Source: Pectinatus sp.
GTDB taxonomy: Bacteria > Bacillota > Negativicutes > Selenomonadales > Selenomonadaceae
Reading direction: 5' to 3'
DNA length: 64,000 nt
Assembly: GCA_020025135.1 (NCBI GenBank)
Contig: JAHHSQ010000001.1
Coordinates: 179-64,178, forward strand
A model generated the notes under the pieces. That model searched no databases and was not told the origin of the DNA. It saw nothing but the letters and a program-made list of their open reading frames with translations. The translations under genes and the position numbers were made by a program. This document shows, in pieces, positions 26,076 through 36,024 of this stretch (position 1 is its first letter; each line of letters opens with the position of its first letter).

Positions 26076-29000
26076 ATGTTTTTAACGAAAATAGCACAGG
26101 ATAAACAGGTACGACAATTAATATGTGGATACAATGATAGAGAGAAGCAATATTTATATGCTTATGGGGTGAACGGTTCTCAAAAACATATACTAGCGGC
26201 CTGTTGTTATCAGGATAATCCACGACCAATGGTCATCATAGTTAAAAACAGAGAAAACCTATTAGAGTGGCAGAGCAATTTGCAGGCACTTTTACCGGAA
26301 GAGGTAGAAGTACAGGTTTTGCCAGCAGTGGATATGGTGGCTTTTTCCACCAGTGCTAAAAGCCTAGAGCTGACTGCCAAACGAATGGAAATATTAGGGA
26401 AATTGGCACAAAATAAGCCAGTTATTGTTTTGACTGAGATAAATTCAGCCATGCAGCGAGATATTTCGGCCCAATCTATCAAGGAAAATAGTCTCTACTT
26501 TGAAAGTGGAGATAAGTTAGACCGCGATGAACTTCTAAAATCACTGGTCAATTTGGGATATGAGCGCACAGAACAGGTAGAACATATGGGACAATTTGCT
26601 CTACGGGGAGGTATCATTGATATTTTCCCTATAAATATGAATTGTCCTGTGCGTTTGGAATTTTTTGATGATACCTTGGAATCACTGCGTTCTTTTAGCG
26701 TGGAATCACAGCGCTCAGAGGCCAAATTGACGACGTTCTTTGTCATGCCATTGTTGTTGCTCAATGAGAAGGACGAAAAGGAAAGCTTTCTTTCTTATTT
26801 ATCAGTAGATGGAATAGTGCTATTAGATGAGCCAGTTCACCTAGAAGAGGAAGCTAAAGTAGTGCTCAAGGAAAATGAGGAGATAGCAACAGAATTTTTC
26901 GATTGGGTGGAGTTGTACGAAAAGCTCTGTTCGCATAAATTACTGTTTTTTTCGGCTATCTTGCAGAAACAAAAAGCTATTACACCAGATGTTGCGGTAA
27001 ATATGCTCGTCAAAAAAGTAACTCCTTTTCAACGGCAAATAAATTTATTTGTCTCTGAATTACAGGAAAAATTGCTCCTCGGCGAAGAAATAATCATTTG
27101 TATGGATGATGCTGGCAAGGTGCAATACGTTAAAGAAATATTGCAAAAAAATCATATTTTTGTTAATTTGCCGGCTAATGCTGACAATAGTCAGGGTGTT
27201 GGTGTTCAACTCGTGGTGAATAATTTTTCTGAGGGTATGGAATGGCCTGATTTAAAATTGGTCATTTATACGGAAAAGGATATTATGGGACGCAAAAAAC
27301 GTCATTTGCGTCTTCCCAAGGTAAATAAAAAAAATCGTATCATGCACTTTACCGATATCAATGTCGGTGATTATGTCGTGCATGTGAATTATGGTATCGG
27401 CAAATATTTAGGTATTGAAACAATAGTTTTAGATGGGGTACATCGCGATTATCTCCACATCAAATACAGTGGCAATGATAAACTATTTGTTCCCGTTGAC
27501 CAGGTTAGCTTGTTGCAAAAGTATATCGGCAGTGAGGGAGAAGTTCCCCATCTGAGCAAGATGGATAGTATCACTTGGAATAAGAACAAGGCTAAAGCTA
27601 AGGCGGCGGTGGAAAAGATTGCCAAAGAATTAATTAATCTTTATGCTAAGCGAAAAGCGAATAAAGGCTATGCCTTTTCTGAAGATACGCCATGGCAGCG
27701 AGAGTTTGAAGACGCTTTTCCGTACGAAGAAACGGCCGACCAACTGATGGCCATTAAAGACATCAAGAGCGATATGGAAAAACCGGTCGCTATGGATAGA
27801 CTGCTTTGCGGTGATGTCGGTTTTGGCAAGACTGAGGTGGCCATCCGAGCCGCCTTTAAGGCTACTATGGATGGCAAGCAGGTAGCTGTTTTAGTACCGA
27901 CCACTGTTTTGGCAGAGCAACATTATCAGACCTTTAAGCACCGTCTAGAAAATTTTGCCCCCACCTTAGATGTCATCTGCCGTTTTCGTTCCTTGAAGGA
28001 ACAGCGTGCAATTATCGAAAAAGTTGCCACTGGACAGATAGATATTCTGATTGGAACACATGCCATTTTAAATGAAAAAAAAGTTAAATTTGCCAATTTG
28101 GGCCTTTTAATTGTTGATGAAGAACAGCGCTTTGGTGTCAAGCAAAAGGAAAAAATTAAGCAAATCAGTGAGAATTTGGATGTTTTGACTTTGAGTGCTA
28201 CCCCTATTCCACGCACTTTGCACATGTCTTTAGCAGGAACGCGTGATATGAGCATCATAGAGACACCACCTAAGGATAGATTTCCCATTCAGACATATGT
28301 CGTCGAAGATAACGACACCATTTTGCGTAATGCCATCTTGCGTGAAATTAAGCGAGGTGGGCAGGTTTACTTTATCTACAATCGGGTAGAAACGATAGAT
28401 AAAATGTACTTGCGATTGTCGGCATTATTGCCAGAAGCTAATATCAAGATAGCGCATGGTCAGATGTCGGAGGCTTTGTTAGAAAAGGCGATGGTGGAAT
28501 TTTATGAGGGTAAATACAATGTCCTTTTAGCTACTAGTATTGTGGAAAATGGTTTGGATATCGCCAATGCCAATACCATAATAATTTATGATGCTGATAT
28601 GTTTGGCTTGTCTCAACTCTACCAAATGCGCGGTCGGGTGGGGCGTTCTAAGAAAATTGCCTATGCTTATTTTGTCTACAAGAAGGACAAGGTTTTGACC
28701 GAAATGGCAGAAAAACGCTTACAGGCGATTAAAGATTTTGCCGAATTGGGGTCTGGATTTAAAATTGCGATGCGCGACCTAGAAATTAGGGGGGCCGGAA
28801 ATTTATTAGGAGCTCAACAGCATGGACATATTGCTAATGTCGGTTTTGAAATGTACTGTCATTTATTGGAAGAGGCAATAAACGAGTTACAAACTGGTAA
28901 GAAAAAATTAGAAGTGCCAGAGCCAGTTCTTACGCTACAGGTAGATGCCTATATAGACGGCGAATATATCAATGATGCCATGCACAAAATAGAAGTGTAT

Positions 29001-29378
29001 CAGCGCATTGTGGCAATAAAGACTGAGGCACAATTGACAGAATTAAAATCGGAATTGATAGATAGATTTGGTCCTTTATCGCCTTATGTAGATAATTTGC
29101 TCCGCATAGCAGCTATTAAAAATAAAGCGCGGTCTTTAGGTGTAAAATCTGTGGTGGAACAAGGGCTGGATTTGCAGATTAATTTATTGCCAGAACACCG
29201 TGTCGATGCCTCGGCATTGTTCTTATTAAAGAGCAAGTGGAAGAAGATGGTGACCTTGTTGCCAGCTAGCAATGCTCTGCGCTTGCATCTTACAGCGAGA
29301 ACAGATATCTTGTCAGTTTTAGATGATGCATTGCTCTTTTTATGGGAAAAATCGAAGAAGGAAAGGATGAAAAAGTGA
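26076..29378 (+). CDS. mfd: Transcription-repair coupling factor
   Basis: 1100 aa. Contains a CarD-like RID (GDYVVHVNYGIGKY), superfamily 2 helicase motifs (GDVGFGKTEVA, DEEQRFGV, SATPIPRT) and a TRCF domain. Confidence 0.95.
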   Translation: MFLTKIAQDKQVRQLICGYNDREKQYLYAYGVNGSQKHILAACCYQDNPRPMVIIVKNRENLLEWQSNLQALLPEEVEVQVLPAVDMVAFSTSAKSLELTAKRMEILGKLAQNKPVIVLTEINSAMQRDISAQSIKENSLYFESGDKLDRDELLKSLVNLGYERTEQVEHMGQFALRGGIIDIFPINMNCPVRLEFFDDTLESLRSFSVESQRSEAKLTTFFVMPLLLLNEKDEKESFLSYLSVDGIVLLDEPVHLEEEAKVVLKENEEIATEFFDWVELYEKLCSHKLLFFSAILQKQKAITPDVAVNMLVKKVTPFQRQINLFVSELQEKLLLGEEIIICMDDAGKVQYVKEILQKNHIFVNLPANADNSQGVGVQLVVNNFSEGMEWPDLKLVIYTEKDIMGRKKRHLRLPKVNKKNRIMHFTDINVGDYVVHVNYGIGKYLGIETIVLDGVHRDYLHIKYSGNDKLFVPVDQVSLLQKYIGSEGEVPHLSKMDSITWNKNKAKAKAAVEKIAKELINLYAKRKANKGYAFSEDTPWQREFEDAFPYEETADQLMAIKDIKSDMEKPVAMDRLLCGDVGFGKTEVAIRAAFKATMDGKQVAVLVPTTVLAEQHYQTFKHRLENFAPTLDVICRFRSLKEQRAIIEKVATGQIDILIGTHAILNEKKVKFANLGLLIVDEEQRFGVKQKEKIKQISENLDVLTLSATPIPRTLHMSLAGTRDMSIIETPPKDRFPIQTYVVEDNDTILRNAILREIKRGGQVYFIYNRVETIDKMYLRLSALLPEANIKIAHGQMSEALLEKAMVEFYEGKYNVLLATSIVENGLDIANANTIIIYDADMFGLSQLYQMRGRVGRSKKIAYAYFVYKKDKVLTEMAEKRLQAIKDFAELGSGFKIAMRDLEIRGAGNLLGAQQHGHIANVGFEMYCHLLEEAINELQTGKKKLEVPEPVLTLQVDAYIDGEYINDAMHKIEVYQRIVAIKTEAQLTELKSELIDRFGPLSPYVDNLLRIAAIKNKARSLGVKSVVEQGLDLQINLLPEHRVDASALFLLKSKWKKMVTLLPASNALRLHLTARTDILSVLDDALLFLWEKSKKERMKK

Positions 29379-32035
29379 TGGGTAATATACAAGTGGTTGG
29401 TCTTGGGCCAGCTGGAGAAAAGTTTATTAATCTGCATACTTGGCATATTTTAAACGATGCTGAACAAATATGCTTGCGGACCAAAATGCATCCAGCTGTA
29501 GAAGCCTTGGAAAAGAAAAATATAAATTTTATCAATTATCGGTAAGTTCAACGGGAAACCGCTGAATAGAGGTTATTATACCCAACTAAGAAATTGAATT
29601 GCTGAAAAGTCGTAAAGCCGATTAAACTAAAACATAATTTTGAAAAAGAAATAGGTGTGAAGGTGCTGAAAGGAGAAAAAATTAATCGGATAATATCTGG
29701 TGTGAATCGGGATATAAAAAATCGAAAATCAGCAGCCAAGCTCCAAAGAGGAGCAGGTTCAACGACTATTCCTCGTGAGGGAAGTAGGTATAAGCGTATC
29801 GAAGTGATTTCGCCCTAACAGGAGATGCTGAGGGAGAAGAGATAGTCTGTGCTTGTCGGAAACGACAAGGTGTCTATTATTGAGACCGCATAGATTTAGC
29901 GAAGCTATGTGAACACCACAGAAGTTATGATGATTTTTATCAAAATGGTTTATCTTTTGACGATGTCTACGAAAGAATTGTCACTGATTTATTAGTTAGG
30001 GCTAGCGTTAAAGATGTCGTATATGTAGTTCCAGGCAGTCCTATGGTTGCCGAAAGAACAGTGCCTATGTTATTAAAGCGGGCTGCTAGCGAGAATATTA
30101 AAGTAGAAGTAGTTCCAGCGATGAGTTTTTTGGAATTACTCTATGTAACTCTTCAAGTAGACCCAATTCAAGGTCTTTTAATTACAGATGCCTTTGCCTT
30201 ACAGGAAAAAGTATTGGATTTTTCTTTTGGCACAGTGATAACGCAATTATACGACAAGCATATGGCTTCAGAAGTTAAATTGACTCTGATGGATTATTTG
30301 CCAGATGATTATGAAGTGAGTGTTGTCTATCATCTAGGTATGTCAGATGAAAAGGTGACAAGCTTGCCACTTTATGAATTGGATAGAATTGAGAAGATAG
30401 ACTATTTGACGAGTTTATATGTCAAACCATATCAACAGGAAACGCAAACTTTTTCCATTAATCCATTGGTAGAAATTGTCAAAACTTTGCGTTCTCCAGG
30501 TGGATGTCCTTGGGATATACTGCAAACACATCGCTCTTTGAGAAATAATCTCATCGAAGAAACTTATTGATATTTGGTAAGCGTATCGAGAAATCGGTAT
30601 GAAAAATAAGAAATCGAAATGCTGGAACACCGCAAAGCTGATTAAACCACAACATAATCTCGAAAGATTTAGGTGTGAAGGTAGCGAAAGCAGAAAAAAT
30701 TAATCAGATGGTAGATGGCGTAAGCCTAAAATACCGTAAACCGGCAATCAGCAGCCAAGCTCTAAAAGGAGAAGGTTCAACGACTATTCCCCTAAAAGGA
30801 AGTAGGTGCGAGGGTACCGAAGTGGTTTCATCCCACAGGTAGAGCTGAGGGAAAAGAGATAGTCTGTGCTTTTGGGAAACTAAGAGAGGTTCTCTTTGAG
30901 AACTGTTTCAATTTAGCGAATTGAAATGAACAGCTTTATTAAAGTCAGGAAGTATTAGAAGCGATAGATAAAGAAGATGCGAATTTACTGTGTGAAGAAC
31001 TAGGCGATTTATTATTACAGATAGTTTTTCATGCTCGCATGGCAGAAGAAAGTAAATTGTTTTCTATGCAAGAAGTAATAGAGGGCATTACAAATAAATT
31101 GGTTTATAGGCATCCACATGTCTTTGGTGATGTTTCCGTGCGCGATGCGGGAGAAGTGCTTTTGAATTGGGAAAAATTAAAGCGAGCGGAGAAGAAGGAT
31201 AGAAAATACCTTTTAGATGGAATACCAAAAGATTTACCCGCTCTTTTAACGGCGGATAAACTGCAGTCTAAAGCAGCAAAGGTCGGCTTTGATTTTGCCA
31301 ATGTAGAAGCTGCTAAAGATAAAATATTAGAAGAATTACAAGAAACCCTAGAAGCTATTAAATTAGGAGAAGAGGAAAAAATAGAGGAAGAAATGGGCGA
31401 TTTGCTCTTTTCTGTCGTCAATTTCGCTCGTTTAAAGCACATAAATCCAGAAATTGCCTTATTAAAAAGCGATGCTGTTCGTTACTTGGACAGCTAGTGC
31501 GATTTATAGTAAGCATATCGGGAAACTGGTATGTGGCGTTTAGGAGCCGGCACAAAGAAATTGAATTGCTGGAAAGATGTAAAGCTAATTAAACCACAAC
31601 GCAATATTGAAGAAGTGTAGGCGTGACGGTGGCGAAAGCAGAAAAAATTAATTAGATGGTATATGGTTAAAACCTAAGTGCTAGAAAATTGTCAATCAGC
31701 AGCCAAGCTCTGAAGAGGAGCAGGTTCAACGACTATTTCCCGATGGGAAAGTAGGTACAAGCGTACTGAAGTTGTTTCGCCCTAACGGATAATGCCGAGG
31801 GAAAAGAGATAGTCTATGCTCACATGAAAGTGCGAGAAGTTTGTAAAAACTGTATTAAACTAGCGATTTAATACGAATAAAAACCGATATGGTAACAGTA
31901 GAAGCAAATAAAAAATTTCGCAAACGCTTTACCTTTATTGAAAGAGAATTAAAAAAATCTCAAATTGAGTGGTCCAAAGCGAATGCAGAAATGTTAGAGG
32001 ATTTATGGCAAAAGGCTAAACGAATGGAAGGATAA
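29378..32035 (+). CDS. yabN: YabN-type fusion protein (tetrapyrrole-methylase-like domain plus MazG NTP pyrophosphohydrolase domain), split by three group I introns
   Basis: join(29378..29532,29922..30567,30949..31462,31899..32035). Junctions: EKKNINF(I)SYDDFYQ; SLRNNLIEETY|EVLEAIDKEDANLLCEELGD (compare B. subtilis YabN ..MIEECYELLEAIDEED..); NPEIAL(L)EANKKFRKRFTFIE (compare ..EPEEALTMTNDKFRRRFSYIE..). These align without gaps to YabN as I recall it. The ATG overlaps the mfd stop (gTGATG). Confidence 0.85.
29533..29921 (+). ncRNA. Group I intron, copy C1 (yabN intron 1)
   Basis: 5' exon ends aattttat|. GTAAG at 29542-29546, and its TAA is the in-frame stop. P2 is ttcaacgg-GAAA-ccgctgaa. P3 is gaaat/atttc. 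P5a is ccgatta/taatcgg. P9 is cttgtcg-GAAA-cgacaag. The intron ends ...caccacag|. Confidence 0.85.
30568..30948 (+). ncRNA. Group I intron, copy C2 (yabN intron 2)
   Basis: 5' exon ends aaacttat|, then an immediate TGA. GTAAG at 30577-30581 pairs with cttat (U.G at the splice site). P2 is cgtatcga-GAAA-tcggtatg. P5a is ctgatta/taatcag. An in-frame TAA 9 nt upstream of exon 3 forces the 3' splice site to ...aaagtcag| (30948). Confidence 0.9.
31463..31898 (+). ncRNA. Group I intron, copy C3 (yabN intron 3)
   Basis: 5' exon ends attgccttat|. The P1 loop is 46 nt. GTAAG at 31509-31513. P2 is catatcgg-GAAA-ctggtatg. P5a is ctaatta/taattag. P7.2 is ggtac-aagc-gtact. The intron ends ...ggtaacag|. 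Confidence 0.85.
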
Positions 32036-32163
32036 CATAGCATTGTTTACACTAGAGAGAATTTTATCCATCTGAAGAGAATATTTATTTGGTGATGATT
32101 TTGTAGTTGCTAGATTATGGGTATGTTGACAAATGAAAAATAATAAAAAAGTGAAAAATTTGT

Positions 32164-32192
32164 TTGTCAAAATATAATAAATATATTATAAT
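32164..32192 (+). promoter_or_regulatory. Putative sigma-70 promoter of hup
   Basis: TTGTCA (32164-32169), a 17-nt spacer, then TATAAT (32187-32192), about 195 nt upstream of the hup start. Confidence 0.4.
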
Positions 32193-32388
32193 AGCCTTGT
32201 TTGTAAGGAACTTTATCTAAGTATGGCGGGTTATCCTCGTTCTTATGAAATGGATTGTTGAAGAGAGAATGCGAAGTTTGAGTATTTATAGACTTAAATG
32301 ACAGTTTGGTTATTTTATTGTAAACTGTATTTCCTCTCCCCGCACAAACCGTGAAATTATTTTAAAAGAAAAAAGGGAGGCCACATTC

Positions 32389-32664
32389 GTGAATAAATCC
32401 GAATTAATCGCTGGCGTAGCTGAACAAGCTAATTTAACTAAGAAAGATGCAGAAAAAGCAGTTAATGCTACTTTAGCTGTCATCCAGAATACTTTAGAAA
32501 CAGGCGAAAAAGTACAGATTATCGGTTTCGGTACTTTTGAAGTTAAAGAAAGAGCTGCTCGTAAGGGTCGCAATCCGTCTACTAAAGAAGAAATTGAAAT
32601 CCCAGCTTCTAAGCGCCCAGTATTTAAAGCAGGTAAAGCTTTAAAATCAGCAGTAAACAAATAA
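32389..32664 (+). CDS. hup: DNA-binding protein HU
   Basis: [27 protein letters not shown]...[41 protein letters not shown] is canonical HU. GGGAGG RBS and GTG start. Confidence 0.95.
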   Translation: MNKSELIAGVAEQANLTKKDAEKAVNATLAVIQNTLETGEKVQIIGFGTFEVKERAARKGRNPSTKEEIEIPASKRPVFKAGKALKSAVNK

Positions 32665-32678
32665 TTTTAGATGAAAAA

Positions 32679-32717
32679 GAGCGGGTTTGTACTTGTCGGT
32701 ACAGACCCGTTCTTTCT
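32679..32717 (+). terminator. Rho-independent terminator of hup
   Basis: Stem gagcgggtttgtac / gtacagacccgttc (14 bp with two non-Watson-Crick positions), followed by TTTCT. Confidence 0.6.
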
Positions 32718-32739
32718 AATTTAGGAGGTAATTACTGGG

Positions 32740-34351
32740 TTGTTAAACGTAGTTATAACAGGTGGAACCAGTGGCATAGGTTTGGCTACTGCAAAATTGT
32801 ATTTAGAAAAGGGAGCAAATGTCTATGCTGTGGCGCGTGATGTCGGGAAATATCAAGATATTCAGGCAGAATTACACGCAGAAAATTATCATTTTGTGCA
32901 GGCTGATATAAGAAATGTAGTTGATTGTCAGCGCGCTTGTATGGAAATTGCTAACAAAGGCAAAGTGATAGATATATTGGTCAATTCAGCAGGCGTTTAT
33001 GGCGAACGGGCCATTGGTGATACTGACGAAGAATTTTTTCAAACTATTTTGGATACTAATATAAAAGGCATGTATTTTATTAAATCGCCTGTGGCGAAAT
33101 GGTAAGCCTGTCGAGAAATTGGCAGAGCATGAAAAAGGAAATTGAATTGCTGGAATACCGTAAAGCCATTTGTACCACAACACAATCTCGGAAGAGATAG
33201 ATGTGAAGGTGACGAAAGTAGAAAAAAACAAATTGGATGATGCAAGGTTAAATCCTAAACATTTTGAAATCGGCAATCAGCAGCCAAGCTCTAAAAGGAG
33301 CAGGTTCAACGACTATTTCCTCAAAGGGAAGTAGACGCAAGCGCGTCGAAGCGGTTTCGCCCTAACAGATAATGCTGAGGGAAATGAGATAGTCTGTACT
33401 CATGAGAAAGCATGAGAAGTTCATCGGAGAACTGCATGGAAGTAGCGATTTCATGTGAAAAATAATAATTAGGTGTAAGTATGCATTGCCTTTACTAAAA
33501 AAGGGGCGCAATAAGGCGATTGTCAATATTTCTTCCGATGCCGGAATAAATGGCAATTATTTTTGTACGGCATATTGCGCTAGCAAGGGAGCGGTAACGG
33601 TTTTTACGAAGGCGCTTTCTTTAGAGTTGGCCCTAGATAAGATAAGAGTGAATTGTCTTTGCCCTGGTGATATCCGTACGCCCATGACAGAAGAGCAGTG
33701 GACAGACGATAACAGCGAGGCTGAGATGAGCTCTTTTTATCCCTTGGGGCGCATTGGAACAGCGGAGGAAGTGGCTAATGCCATTTATTTTTTAGCTTCA
33801 GAAAAAGCCAGCTTTATTAAAAATTATTGCCACGTCGTTTCTTAAAATCTAGAGAGAGAAGCGGTTAATTCAAAGAGGCAATTAATCTGTTTAGTAAGCA
33901 TATTGGGTAACTAGTGTGCATAGTATGTAATTTTACATATAATAAAGAAATTGAATTGCTGGAAAGGCGTAAAGCTGATTAAACTACAACGTGATGGTGA
34001 AATAAACATGGACGTGAAGGTAGCGAAAGCAAAAAAAATTAATCAGATGACATACGGTTAAATCCTAAGTGTCAGTTTATCGCTAATCAGCAGCGAAGCC
34101 CTGAAAAAGGGAACGTTCAACGACTATTCCTCCTGAGGGAAGTAGGCTAGAAGCGATAGCTAGCCGAAGTGATTTCGCCCAAACGGACAATGCCGTGGGA
34201 AAAGAGATAGTCTGTGCTCGTGAAAAATCACGAGGTGTTCGAAATAGAACAGCGGAATAGTAGCGCATTTCCGTGAACAAATTCTCCAGATGGGAGAGTC
34301 AGAACTGGCAGTGTAATCAGTATAGATGGTGGATTGACAGCTCATTCTTAA
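32740..34351 (+). CDS. Short-chain dehydrogenase/reductase (SDR), split by two group I introns
   Basis: join(32740..33080,33473..33817,34303..34351). Has TGGTSGIG, NSAG, and Y..ASK (YCASKGA). Junctions: TNIKGMYF(M)CKYALPLLKKGRNKAIVNISS and LASEKASF(I)TGSVISIDGGLTAHS. Both reproduce standard SDR spacing. Confidence 0.8.
33081..33472 (+). ncRNA. Group I intron, copy D1 (SDR intron 1)
   Basis: 5' exon ends gtattttat|. GTAAG at 33102-33106, and its TAA is in frame. P2 is ctgtcga-GAAA-ttggcag. P3 is ggaaat/gtttc. P7.2 is gacgc-aagc-gcgtc. The 3' end is ...ataattag| (33472). This is TAG rather than CAG, chosen from SDR spacing. Confidence 0.8.
33818..34302 (+). ncRNA. Group I intron, copy D2 (SDR intron 2)
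   Basis: 5' exon ends cagctttat|. The P1 loop is 76 nt and contains its own hairpin (aattattgcc...ggcaattaat). GTAAG at 33894-33898. P2 is gcatattgg-GTAA-ctagtgtgc. P7.2 is enlarged (ggctag...ctagcc). The intron ends ...gagagtcag|. An earlier CAG at 34287-34289 would be out of frame. Confidence 0.85.
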
Positions 34352-34445
34352 ATATTCAGCTTTCTTGACTGGATAATTGCATTTGCTTGAAAAAGTTGTT
34401 ATAATTGTAGAAAAATATGATAAATTTACTTTGAGGATATTATAA

Positions 34446-35579
34446 ATGGAAAAAAATACAAAAGGATTTAATAAAGAACAGGCCTTGGCAAATGCTTTAA
34501 AACAGATAGAACGAGATTTTGGCAAGGGCTCTATTATGCGGTTGGGAGAAGCGGCTTCTAATATGAATATTGAGGTCATTCATACCGGCAATTTGCCTTT
34601 GGATATTGCTCTCGGTGTTGGCGGTGTGCCGCGAGGCAGAATCGTGGAAATATATGGACCAGAATCCTCTGGGAAGACGACTATTGCACTACACATCGCT
34701 GCCGAAGCACAAAAAGCGGGCGGAATGGCAGCTTTTATCGATGCTGAACACGCTTTAGACCCTGTTTATGCCCAAAAATTAGGAGTAGATATTGATAATT
34801 TGCTTATTTCTCAACCAGATAACGGTGAACAGGCCTTGGATATAGCTGATGCTTTGGTGAGAAGTGGCGCTATTGATGTAGTAATTGTGGATTCGGTAGC
34901 TGCCTTAGTGCCTAAAGCAGAAATTGAAGGGGAAATGGGCGACTCCCATGTCGGTTTGCAAGCACGCTTGATGTCACAGGCAATGCGCAAATTGACTGGG
35001 TATATCAGCAAGTCACGTACGACGGCTATTTTCATCAACCAGATTCGTGAAAAAGTGGGTGTCATGTTTGGTAATCCAGAAACTACTACTGGTGGCAGAG
35101 CATTGAAATTTTATGCCACGGTGCGTTTAGATGTTCGCAAAATTGATACCATCAAACAAGGAACTGAAGTTGTAGGTAGCCGTACTAGAATTAAGGTGGT
35201 TAAAAATAAGGTTGCTCCACCATTTAGACAGGCCGAATTTGATATCATGTATGGTGAAGGTGTTTCTCGCGAAGGCAGTGTTATCGATTTGGGGGTCAAT
35301 TATGAAATCGTAGATAAGAGCGGTACTTGGTACTCTTATAATGGTAATCGCCTTGGACAAGGGAAAGAAAACGCCAAGCAATTTTTAAAAGAAAATCCTG
35401 ACCTTTGCCAGGAAATAGAGGATAAGATTAGAGCCAAGGTCAAGGCAGATAGACAAAAGGAATTAGAAGCGAAAGAAGCGAAAAAAGCAATTACTGCTAC
35501 TACTAAAGGAGAAACCGTTGTAGTAGTGAAGAATGTTAAGGATAATGCTGATGTGGAAGAAACCAGTCAAGAAAAGTAA
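34446..35579 (+). CDS. recA: Recombinase RecA
   Basis: GPESSGKTT Walker [15 protein letters not shown] and the rest of canonical RecA. Has an acidic/lysine-rich C-terminal extension. Confidence 0.97.
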   Translation: MEKNTKGFNKEQALANALKQIERDFGKGSIMRLGEAASNMNIEVIHTGNLPLDIALGVGGVPRGRIVEIYGPESSGKTTIALHIAAEAQKAGGMAAFIDAEHALDPVYAQKLGVDIDNLLISQPDNGEQALDIADALVRSGAIDVVIVDSVAALVPKAEIEGEMGDSHVGLQARLMSQAMRKLTGYISKSRTTAIFINQIREKVGVMFGNPETTTGGRALKFYATVRLDVRKIDTIKQGTEVVGSRTRIKVVKNKVAPPFRQAEFDIMYGEGVSREGSVIDLGVNYEIVDKSGTWYSYNGNRLGQGKENAKQFLKENPDLCQEIEDKIRAKVKADRQKELEAKEAKKAITATTKGETVVVVKNVKDNADVEETSQEK

Positions 35580-36024
35580 TAAAACGGCATTAGTAAGGGC
35601 AGTTGATTTTTTGTCAGTTCATGACTATACTGTGTATAATTTGCGTAAAAAATTGATGCGCTGTGGTTATACAGAAAATGAAATAGATGTAGCGATAGAG
35701 AAATTATTAAAGTGCGGTTATCTTGATGATACCGCACTTTGTCATAGGGAGTGGCAAAGATATTTGCACAACGGCAATTACAGTTTTTTGCAAATTCGGC
35801 AGAAGTTGTTGCAAAATGGTTTTGCTGAAGACGTGATTGCTTCTTTACAGCCTAATAGAGAAGAACAGGATAGGTATGAAGGTGCTTTATTAGAGCAGAT
35901 GTTGCAGAAAAAATTTCTTCCTGACGATGATTATCAAAAAATTTGTGCTTATTTCTATCGAAAGGGCTTTTCTAGTGGCTTGATAAGAACAGCAGTAGAA
36001 AAATTTTTAAAAACACTTGAATAA
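35533..36024 (+). CDS. recX: RecA regulator RecX
   Basis: Repeated three-helix RecX pattern ([46 protein letters not shown]...). Overlaps the recA 3' end. The start could be any of the ATGs at 35533, 35545 or 35551. Confidence 0.8.
   Translation: MLRIMLMWKKPVKKSNKTALVRAVDFLSVHDYTVYNLRKKLMRCGYTENEIDVAIEKLLKCGYLDDTALCHREWQRYLHNGNYSFLQIRQKLLQNGFAEDVIASLQPNREEQDRYEGALLEQMLQKKFLPDDDYQKICAYFYRKGFSSGLIRTAVEKFLKTLE

Noticed and set aside
34237-34250. GTTC-N6-GAAC palindrome upstream of recA could be a LexA (Cheo) box.
   Set aside because: It is the P9.1 hairpin of intron D2 (gttc-gaaata-gaac), which is present with different stems in all copies. The half-site order and spacing do not match CGAAC-N4-GTTCG. 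It also lies about 200 nt upstream of recA, inside another gene.
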